Below, in pieces: positions 55,129 to 64,000 of a stretch of 64,000 nt of DNA; the stretch's first letter is position 1; each line of letters opens with the position of its first letter. Source of the DNA: an uncultured Acidobacteriota bacterium (GTDB lineage Bacteria; Acidobacteriota; Vicinamibacteria; Fen-336); assembly GCA_963720545.1 (NCBI GenBank), contig OY970399.1, forward strand, positions 3,136,001 through 3,200,000, written 5' to 3'. The notes beneath the pieces were generated by a model, which was given only the letters and a program-made list of their open reading frames with translations, did no database searches and was not told the DNA's origin. A program made the translations under genes and the position numbers.

Positions 55129-57797
55129 TCAGCGACGAGCTCCGGCCGGTTCGCGGAATGGCTCGCGCCGGCGGTACAGGGCGAGCCGCTTGTCGATGTC
55201 GGCGGCGAGCGCGGCCGAGCCGTTGGCCGCGGCCAGCGCGGATGCTTCGGCGGCGGCCGCCGCCGCGCGCTCGAACTGGCTGTTCGCCGCGTAGGCTGCT
55301 GCGAGCGTGTCGAGGATGACGGGCTCGCGCCGGCCGCTTTGCTGCGCCGCGCCTTCGGCAAGCGTGAGCGCGCGCGCCGGGTTGCGAACCTTCGGGTTGT
55401 CGTGGGTCGCGAGGATCCAGGCGGTCTCGTTCATCGGCACCGCCCATTCCGGTCGCAGTCGCAGCGCGGCTTCGAATTGCACAACGGCCGCCTCGCGCTG
55501 ACCTTCGGTGCGCAGGGCGAGCCCAAGATTGTTGTGCGCTTCCGCATCGTCCGGCGCGAGGCGCAGCGCCGCGCGAAACTCCGCCGCCGCCGCCGCCATT
55601 CGGCCTTGCGCGCCGAGCACGCTGCCGAGGCCGTTATGCGCTGCGGCCAGTTGCGGATCGAGGGCGAAGGCGCGGCGGTAGTGGCCAGCCGCTCGTCGAG
55701 GCGTCCTTGCTGCTTCCGCGCACGCGCCAGGTTGTAGTGCGCGCTCGCCAGTCCGGGTGCCAGCCGCACGGCCGCCTCGAAGTGCGCCAGCGCCTCTTCG
55801 CTGCGCCCTTTTTCGCGAAGCGCAACGCCCAGTCGGTCGTGCAGCTCCGCGTTGTCGGGCCGCGCCGCCAGGGCGCGCTGCAGCGGCGGCAAAGCCTCGT
55901 CCCACTGCGCCTGCGCCGCCAGTGCCGAGCCGAGGTAGGCGTTCGCCTCGGGCGCATCGGGATCGAGCGCCAGCGCGCGGCGATAGGCGGCAACAGCTTC
56001 GGCAAGCTTGCCTTGCTTCGCCAGCACGAAGCCGAGCTCGGTGGCGGCGCGGGCGTCCTCAGGCACATCGGAGCTTGCCGTGCCGAGCAGCCTTGCCGCC
56101 TCGTCGGCCTGTCCGTTCGCGGCCAGCGCATGGCCCAGCAGCAGCCGTGTCTCGGGCGAGTCGGGTTCGAGCGCCAGCGCAGCGCGAAAATGCACGACGG
56201 CTGCGGTGTTTTCGCCGCGCGCGGCGAATACACCGGCGAGCTGCAGCTGGGCGCGGACGTTTTGCGGCCCCACCGCGACCGCCTGCTGCGCTGCGCGCAA
56301 GGCGGCGTCGAGATTGCCGGCGGCCGCGGCGATCTTCGACATCTGCAAATGGCAGTCGGCGAAGCCAGGACGCTCGTGCAGCATCTCCGCGCACAGCGCA
56401 CGCGCTTCCGGATACTGCTTCTCCTCGACCAGCTTGTTGAGGCGCTGGTCCTTGCGGAAGAACCCGATCAGGTCCTTGGGATCGTCCTTGCTGCGGTCGA
56501 ACCGGGTGCTTGCGCGCCGTCGCCGCGCCCCAGGTAGCCCAGCGCTTCGAGGCGTTCGCGCGCCTCGGTGTCGAGGGACGCCGGCTTGGACGCTGGTGCG
56601 CGGCCGCCTGCCGCCAGCATCTTCACGAGCGCCTGGGAGAGGGCATCGGCGCGGGCGGGATCGCGCTGCAGGAGGTTCACCTTCTCGCCGGGATCGGCAC
56701 GCAGGTCGTAAAGCTCGGGACGCGAGGTTTCGATGTACTTCCAGCCGTTGTCGATGACGCCGAGCAGCGAGCTGGCGCCGTAGTAGCGCGTCGGCGTGAC
56801 GGTCTCCGCATAGAGGGTGCGCGGGCCGCCGTCGCCGCCGCGCCCCGCAAGCCAGGGGGAGAGGTCGAGGCCCTGCACGCCGGGCGGCACTGCGGCGCCA
56901 GCCTGCGCGAGGATCGTTGGCATGATGTCGATGAGGCTGACGGGAAGGGCGACGCGCCGCGGCGCCGGGAGCCCTCCGGGCGGCCGCATGATGAGCGGCA
57001 CGCGCAGGGCGCCTTCGTAGATGAAGAAGCCGTGGTTCAGCTCGCCATGTTCGCCGAGCATCTCGCCGTGGTCGCCGGTGAGGACGATGAGGGTGTCGTC
57101 GTAGAGCCCGAGCGCACGCAGCTTGTCGAGCACCTGTCCGACGCAGCGATCGACGAACGCGACCTCACCGGCATAAGGATCGTCGCGCCATTGCGAGGCG
57201 AACGGCTCGGGGGGCTCGTAGGGATCGTGCGGGTCGTAGAAGTGAACGAACAGGAAGAACGGCTCGCGCTTGTGGGCATCGAGCCATTCGCCGGCGACGC
57301 GGGCGGTCTCGCCGCCCTTGCGTTCGCTCAGGTCGCCGATCTTGTGGACAGCCTGGAAGCGGTCGTCGTAGCTGTCGAAGCCCTGGCTCGTACCGAAACG
57401 GCGGTCGAGGACGAAGCTGCTGACGACGGCGCCGGTGCGCAGGCCCTTCGCAGCCAGGCTGCGCGCCAGCGTGGCGCTGCCTTCCGGCAAGCCGGTTCAG
57501 CAAGTTGTCGCGCAGGCCGTGCGTCGGAGGTAACGTGCCGGTGAGCATCGAGACGTGCGCCGGCAGCGTCATCGGCACCGGCGTGTGCACGTTTTCGAAC
57601 AGCACGCCCGCGTGCGCCAGCGCGTCGATGTTCGGCGTGGCCGCGCGCGCGAAGCCGTAGGCGCCGAGGTGGTCGGCGCGCAGCGTGTCGATGCTGATGA
57701 GCACGACGTTGCGGACGCTGCGGCGCGGGTGGCCGCAGGTCGCGACCACCCAACATGCGGCAAGGCCAGCGGCGAGAAGCGCGAGGCGCCTGGACAC
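55129..57797 (-). CDS. Sulfatase-like hydrolase/transferase with C-terminal TPR repeats (three frameshifts: about 57490, 56510, 55690)
   Basis: NVVLISIDTLRAD, TLPAHVSMLTG, HFYDPH, GDHGE, ELYDL..DPGE, then TPRs spread over successive frames. Confidence 0.8.
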
Positions 57798-57859
57798 GCC
57801 CGATCCTAGCAGGCGGCTCGCCGGCGCGAGCCGCCTCGATTGCCGCCCATATGCGCGGC

Positions 57860-60800
57860 CTAGAAGGCGAAGCGCAGCGTCAACTGCAACAGGCGCGGGA
57901 AGCCGCGGGTCGCGGTGATGGTGCCGAACGAGGACGACCCGAAAGCGGTGTCAGGTCCGTTGAACTGCGTGTTGTTGAACAGGTTGATCACCTCGAAGCG
58001 CACCATCACTTCCTTGCTGCCGCCGATCGGCTCGATCTTCTGCACCGCGATGTCGGTCTGCGTCTTGAACGGCGTGCGCACCCGGGTGTCGGTGCGCGGC
58101 GCGTTGCCGAAGGTGAATGCCGGCGCCAGCGACCAGGCGTCGGGGTTGAACCAGTTGGCGATGCACTCGCATTCCGGATCGTAGTGACTGTCGGTGTTGC
58201 CGGAAGTCTTCGGGTCGGTGCCGGTGAGGTTCGGACGCTGCTGCCGCCGAACAGGCCGGAGTTGTTGTTCGACTGGATGATCGCCACCGGGAAGCCGCGT
58301 CTGTAGGTAGCCGACGCCGGTGACCGCCCAGCCGCCGAGCAGCACGCGCGCCAAGCCCGGCTCGGAAAGGTGCGACTTGTTCCTGCCGAACGGCAGCTCG
58401 CCGGTGCAGCGCGAAGTTGAGCCGGTGCGGCTGCTCGGTGACCGACGGCGAGTATTCGCTCTCGACGTCGTAGCTGTTGACCGGGCGGTTGCGGCTGGTG
58501 CTGTTGTTGCTGAACTGGTTCAGCTCGCCGAAGATGTTGTTCTTGTTGCGGCTCCAGGTGTAGTTGATGCGGCCGCCCCAGCCGTTCACGATCGGCCGCT
58601 CGAGCCGCAGCACGATCGAGTGATACTGCGCGCGCCCGCCGCTGACCTGGGCGGCGAGGAGGTCGCCGAACTGCGGATACGGCCGCAGCAGCTGGCCGCG
58701 CGCGATCGTGGGCTGGTCGGCGAACGCGCCGAACGCCGGGTTGCCGAAGAACGGGTTCGGCACCTGGTCGAGCAGCGCCGCGCCGAGGGACTGGTACTTC
58801 GGGTCGAGCTGGTTGATGTTGAGGGTCGCGTCGTCGTTGCCGCCGAGGCCGAGCCGCCGCGAGGTGGCGCCGATGTAGCCGATGCCCGCGACGATGCTGC
58901 CCGGGGAACTCGCGCTGCAGGTCGAGCGAATACTGGTGCACGTAGGCCGACTTGCGGAACTGATCGACGAAGTGCGACGGCGCCGCCCGCGCCGGTGAGG
59001 ATGCCGCCGGCGCTGCCCGTCGGCTGTTCGATGCCGTTCGGGAACGGGTTCACGATGCTGCAGCCGGCGCACGGCGTGAGGCCGCCGTTGGTGGAGCCGA
59101 TGAGGTCGGTGACCTGCGTGAACCCGCGCGTGCCGAGGCTGGTGCTGCTGATGCCCGGGTACTGGTGCGGCGCCCAGAACAGGCCGTAGCCGCCGCGCAC
59201 GACGGTCTTCGGGTCCGAGCGACCAGGCGACGCCGACGCGCGGCGCGAACTTCGTCTTCGACGGATCGCTCTGGTGCGTCTGATAGCCGTCGACGCCGGC
59301 GTACATCGAGGCCGCCGCGCAGGTCGAGCGCCGGGCACCTGCACCGGCCAGGCCCCGTCGCGATCGAAGCCCGACGGTGAGGCGGTTGTCCTTCTCCTGC
59401 AGGCCCTGCTCGAACTCGTAGCGCAGGCCGACGTTGACGGTCAGGTTGGAGTTGACGCGGAAGTCGTCCTGCACGTAACCCGCGTAGTAGTTGATGAACG
59501 CGTCGGTCGGCGCCGACACGCGTGATCGAGCCGGTCGAGGGATAGCCGAGCAGGAAGGCGGCGAGCGCGTACGGGTTGCTGGTTGTCGGCGTTCAGCGGA
59601 TCGGCGCTCGTAAACTGGCCGTCGAAGAAGAAGCGGCCGCTCGACTGGCTGGGGTTGAAGTTGCGCGCGCCGATCTGGCGATAGTCGACGCACCGACCTT
59701 GACGGTGTGCCGGCCCAGCAGCTTCGACACGGAGGCGTTCGCGTCCTACGAGTAGTAGGTGAGTGCGTTGATCGGGCGCTCGCCGAACATGTAGCCGTTG
59801 TAGTCGGTGCCGTAGGAGCCGATCGCGAAGTACGGGAACTTCTTCACCGGCACCTGGCTGACGAAGCTCGGCGAGAAGCCGAGCGTGCCGGGGTCGAAGC
59901 CCGCCACCGGCACGCAGTCGTCGACGAAGCTGGTGAAGCCGAAGCGCACGTGCGCGGCGGTCGTCTGGTTGGGCGTGATGGTGTTGTTGATCGCAACCGC
60001 GTGCACCGTGCGATAGAGCGCACCGTCGCCGGGATCGGCGTGGTTGGCGCCGATGTCCTGCGTCACGCCGTCCTTCAGATACGAGCGCGGCTGCGGCTCG
60101 ACCGAGTGGTAGTACGCGTACATCGCCGAGCGTGCGGAAGTTCTCGCTCCAGATCTGATCGAGCTTCGGTGAGTGATCGTCTTCGAGTTGTCGACCAGCT
60201 GCGAGCTCGCCTGGCCGGCCTCCGGCCAGTACTGCCGCATGGCGAGCGCCACCGGGTTGAAGCGGTCGGCGGGGATGATGTTGCCCGGGAACGGGCGTGC
60301 GCATGAACTGGCCGGGATTGTTGGGGTCGGGGCGCGTCGTGAGCGGGTCGTAGACGGTGATGCCGCTTTGCGAGAAGTCGCCGCCGAGCTCGCGCGCCGT
60401 CGGCGGCGCGCACGCCCGAGTCGTCGATGGTGTTGCTCTTGTAGCCTTCCGCCGACGCCAAGAAGAAGGTCTTGTTCTTGACGATCGGGCCGCCGAAGGA
60501 GCCGCCGTACAGGTAGAAGTAGGTGTCGGGCTTGTCGCAGGAGCCGGTGCCGGCCTCGCACGCCTTGCGCGCGAAGTACGACAAGGACCGCGTCGATGCC
60601 GGCCGGTTCTGGCCGACGCAGGCTGCCGTGCCACGACGTTGGATCCCGACTTGCCGGTCATGTTGAAGACGCCGCCGCCGGTGCGGCCCATCTCGGCGTC
60701 GTAGGTGGTGACCTGCACCTTCACTTCTTCCACCGCCTCGATCGACGGGATGATGGTGGCGCGGTTGCGCAGGTCGACGATCGCGACGCCGTCGAGGGTG

Positions 60801-61383
60801 TAGTTGTTGCCGCGCCGCGGCCCGCCGCCGAGCGACAGCAGCGAGGAGTTGGTCTGGTCCTGCTGGCGCACGAACTGCGGATCGCCGCTATGGGTGACGC
60901 CCGGGGTGATCGTCGCGAGGAAGAACGGGTTGCGGCCGGCGGTGGGCAGCGTCTGCGATGGTCTTGTTCATCGAGCAGTGCTGCCGACCGACGCGTTCGA
61001 CGTCTCGATCGCGACTCCGCCGCCCTCGACCGTGACTTCTTCCGAGAGTTCGCCGACCTCGAGCGTCACGTCCATGGTGATGAACTGCTGGGTGCCGATG
61101 CGCATGTTCTTGCGGTCGATCGTCTTGAAGCCCTGCATGGTGACCTTCACCGTGTAGATGCCCGGTTCCACCTGCACGAACGCGTACTCGCCGTCCGCGT
61201 TGGTGAGCGCACTGCGGGTGCGTGCCGTTCGCTTCGTTCAGCAGGTTCACGTGCACACCGGGCACGACACCGCCAGAGTCACGAACTGCGCCGCGCAGCC
61301 CGCCGTGATACGTCTGCGCCAGCAAGGGTACGGCTGCCAGTAAAAGTCAAAGCCGTGATGAGCGCGTTTCGAGGATTCGCCAT
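57860..61383 (-). pseudogene. TonB-dependent receptor (Oar-like) broken by more than ten frame changes and an in-frame TAG; pseudogene or sequencing error
   Basis: GGAGG + ATG 61383; fragments NNYTLDGV, VEEVKV, YVQDDFRV..VGLRYE, RLLQLTLRFAF lie in different frames. Confidence 0.8.
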
Positions 61384-61500
61384 GAGGGGACCTCCGCCGT
61401 CTGTGCGTCTACTGCGACCTCAACGTCGTGAAAATATGTGAACTATACGCCGCTGCCAGGATTTACAACCCTGCCGATACTGACTTGCGTGAACTTGAAC

Positions 61501-61533
61501 AAAAAAATCCCGGCCTCAGGCTGGCCGGGTTTT
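61501..61533 (-). terminator. Rho-independent terminator downstream of wecB
   Basis: CCCGGCC/GGCCGGG stem flanked by A7 (U-tract on the minus strand) and T4. Confidence 0.75.
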
Positions 61534-61555
61534 GATGCGCCTGACGAAAAACGGT

Positions 61556-62650
61556 TCAGCGCGTGACGAAGGCGTCGATTTCGGCGGCGACTCGTTCGCC
61601 GGCGTGGCCGTCCCATGAGGGAATGTCACTGCCTTTGGGCCAGGTGCCGCTGAGGATTTCTTCGACGCCGCGGCGGACCGCATCGATGTCGTTGCCGACG
61701 AGGCGGTTGGTGCCGAGTTCCACGGTGACCGGGCGCTCGGTGTTGTCGCGCAGCGTGAGACAGGGGACCTTGAGGACGCTGCTCTCTTCCTGGATTCCGC
61801 CCGAGTCTGTGAAGACTACGGCGGAGTCGGCGAGCAGCGACAGGTTGTCGATGTAGGGCAGCGGGTCGAGGCACAGAAGCGGCATAGCGAGCTTCGAGCC
61901 GAGGCCGTTCTTTTCGGCCGATGCGCGGGTGCGGGGGTGGACGGGAAAGACGAGGGGCAGCTTTGCGCTCAACTCCTGCATCAGGTCGAGCAGGCGGCCG
62001 AGGACCTTCGGGTCGTCCACGTTCGAGGGGCGGTGCAGGGTGACGAGGCCAAACTTGCCGCGTTCGAGGCCGAGCTTCGCCGCGGCGTTACGGGCTCGGG
62101 CGGCGGGCAGCTGCTTCATCAGCGTGTCGATCATGACGTTGCCGACGTAGCGGACCTTGGCGCCGTCCACGCCTTCCTTCTCGAGGTTGCGCATGCCCGC
62201 AGGCTCCGACACCAGCAGCAGGCCGCAGATGGCATCGGTGAGCAGGCGGTTGATCTCTTCGGGCATGGTGCGGTCGAAGCTGCGCAGTCCGGCTTCGACG
62301 TGCACCGCGGGAATGCCGAGCTTCACCGCCGCGAGCGCGCAGGCGACCGTGCTGTTGACGTCGCCGAACACCACCGTCGCCGCCGGCCGGCTGGCGAGGA
62401 TGTGGCTCTCGTACCGCTCGAGGATGCGCGCGGTCTGCGCGCCGTGGCTGCCCGAACCAACGTCGAGGTGCACGTCGGGCTTCGGGATGCCGAGCTCGGT
62501 GAAGAACACGTCGTTCATCGCCGGGTCGTAGTGCTGTCCGGTGTGCACGATGCGGAACGCCGGGCTCTTGCGAGCCTGTAGCGCGTGCACCACCGGCGCC
62601 AGCTTCATGAAGTTGGGACGCGCTCCGGCAACGAGATCGATCGGTGGCAT
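61556..62650 (-). CDS. wecB: UDP-N-acetylglucosamine 2-epimerase (non-hydrolysing)
   Basis: GARPNFMK, HTGQHYD, GDVNST, HVEAGLRS, PEEINR, DSGGIQEE, TERP. Confidence 0.95.
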   Translation of the reverse strand: MPPIDLVAGARPNFMKLAPVVHALQARKSPAFRIVHTGQHYDPAMNDVFFTELGIPKPDVHLDVGSGSHGAQTARILERYESHILASRPAATVVFGDVNSTVACALAAVKLGIPAVHVEAGLRSFDRTMPEEINRLLTDAICGLLLVSEPAGMRNLEKEGVDGAKVRYVGNVMIDTLMKQLPAARARNAAAKLGLERGKFGLVTLHRPSNVDDPKVLGRLLDLMQELSAKLPLVFPVHPRTRASAEKNGLGSKLAMPLLCLDPLPYIDNLSLLADSAVVFTDSGGIQEESSVLKVPCLTLRDNTERPVTVELGTNRLVGNDIDAVRRGVEEILSGTWPKGSDIPSWDGHAGERVAAEIDAFVTR

Positions 62651-62726
62651 GATGAGTGGCTCTTTGGTGGGGAAAGCGATCAGTGGTGGAACTTAGCACG
62701 CGCACCGAAGCCGGGCCGATGGCACT

Positions 62727-64000
62727 GTGAGGCCCGTCGCATGGTACGGCGCGCGCCTGCGCGCGATGCGGCCGGCGGAGGTGTCGTGGCGCATAGCGCA
62801 GCGCCTCAGCGAACGCCGGCGGCGCCGCGACCACTCGCCTTCTGCTTCTCTGCTGCCGGGCCTGGCTGAAGCTGCTGCTGCACTCCGCCTTCTTGCCTCG
62901 GGTGGTCCCACGCGCGACGCACGCTTCTTTGGCGTGTCTTTTCCTTATCCGGGGTCCGAATCGATCGACTGGTCGCGCGACTACAAGAACGGCGTCAGCG
63001 CGCCGCTGCGCTTCTACGCCGACCTCGACTACCGCGACGAGCGGGAAGTCGGCGACAGCAAGTACACCTGGGAGCTGAACCGCCACCAGTTCCTGCTGCC
63101 GTGGGCGCTCGAATACCGAAAGACCGGTGACGAGACGGCGGCGGCGGCGGTCGCGAGCGTCGTCCTCGACTGGATCGCACGCAACCCGCGTTATCTCGGC
63201 ATCAACTGGATCAGCGCGCTCGAGCACGCGCTGCGCATCCTCAACTGGGGAATCGCCTTCGACCTGTGCCGCGGTTCGGCGGCGGTCGAACGTTCTCTGC
63301 CATTCGTGACGGCTGCGGTCGCCGAGAAGGCGCTGTTCATTCGCGACACGCTGTCGCTGCACTCGTCGGCGAACAACCACCTGATGGGCGAGCTCATTGG
63401 CCTGCTGGCCGGGGCCGCCTACTTTCCGGACGCCGCGGGCGTTTCGGCTTTCGGCCGCTTTGCGCGCACCGAGGTGATGCGCGAGGCGGCGAAGCAGAAC
63501 CACGCCGACGGCGTCAACCGCGAACAGGCGATCTACTACCACCATTACACGACCGAATACATCCTCACGGCGGAGAGGTTGTGCCAGCGCACCGGCGAGC
63601 CGCTCGGCGTTGACGTGCAACAGCTGGCGCATCGTATGCTGGCGTTCATCCACGCCATGACCGACGATTCAGGCCAGCCGTTCGAGATCGGCGACCGCGA
63701 CGACGGTTCGGTCACAGGCCTCAATCTCGGCAGCGGGGTGTCGGTGTTCGAATCACTCCTCTGGACCGCGGCCGTGCACTTCCAGGATGGCGACTGCGGC
63801 GCCCACGCGGCGCGCATCGCCGCCCGCTCAGGTCGCGAAGCGGTGCCCGATGCGCGCACAGCCTACTGGTATCCCGACACGGCGCCGGCGCTCGCCGCTG
63901 GTCGTTCGCCCCGCCGGCACTTCTTTCCGGACGGCGGCTACTTCCTCTCCACGGACGAGGGCCATTCGCTGCTCTTCAAGGCGAGCCCGTTCGGCTATCC
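62727..64000 (+). CDS. Heparinase II/III / alginate-lyase-like protein (runs off window)
   Basis: Manual translation from GTG 62727: IDWSRDY, DSKYTWELNRHQ, WIARNP..GINW, SSANNHL, DGVNREQ, IGDRDDG. Confidence 0.82.
   Translation, partial: MRPVAWYGARLRAMRPAEVSWRIAQRLSERRRRRDHSPSASLLPGLAEAAAALRLLASGGPTRDARFFGVSFPYPGSESIDWSRDYKNGVSAPLRFYADLDYRDEREVGDSKYTWELNRHQFLLPWALEYRKTGDETAAAAVASVVLDWIARNPRYLGINWISALEHALRILNWGIAFDLCRGSAAVERSLPFVTAAVAEKALFIRDTLSLHSSANNHLMGELIGLLAGAAYFPDAAGVSAFGRFARTEVMREAAKQNHADGVNREQAIYYHHYTTEYILTAERLCQRTGEPLGVDVQQLAHRMLAFIHAMTDDSGQPFEIGDRDDGSVTGLNLGSGVSVFESLLWTAAVHFQDGDCGAHAARIAARSGREAVPDARTAYWYPDTAPALAAGRSPRRHFFPDGGYFLSTDEGHSLLFKASPFGY

Noticed and set aside
57860..61383. 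Programmed frameshifting or phase variation of the TonB receptor
   Set aside because: Too many scattered breaks, and no long slippery or simple-sequence tracts.

Overview
High-GC (about 70%) bacterial chromosomal segment, most consistent with Acidobacteriota (Vicinamibacteria-like). That call is inferred from a PadR plus duplicated orphan ABC permease pair and two TonB-dependent receptors with carboxypeptidase-regulatory domains. From left to right the window holds: a TonB receptor/IolE/IolG-like sugar uptake and catabolism unit; a vanadium haloperoxidase; a desaturase; PadR-ADOP; a secreted cyanophycinase; ettA; a D-aminoacylase; queD; a dnaJ-hspR-sigma70-DnaC-like-hemW run with a HAIR-like operator; an archaeal-type topoisomerase VI operon (top6B, cysK-like, top6A, histone-H1-like-tailed ORF); kynA; and a large surface-polysaccharide region (pseudo-nucleotidyltransferases, priming transferase, WecG/TagA, Wzy-like, sulfotransferase, DUF5989, UbiA, carB-carA, GT4, wecB, heparinase II/III-like). 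The most unusual structure is at 23107-24185. A single compact, atypical ORF is bracketed by two direct copies of a 28-bp site with a perfect 18-bp palindromic core, and this unit is nested inside oppositely oriented arrays of covarying 40-41-nt hairpins. It looks like a gene cassette, but no recombinase or transposase is in the window. From about 43.9 kb onward many genes carry 1-bp frameshifts, probably read or assembly errors. I recognised no rRNA, tRNA or CRISPR array.
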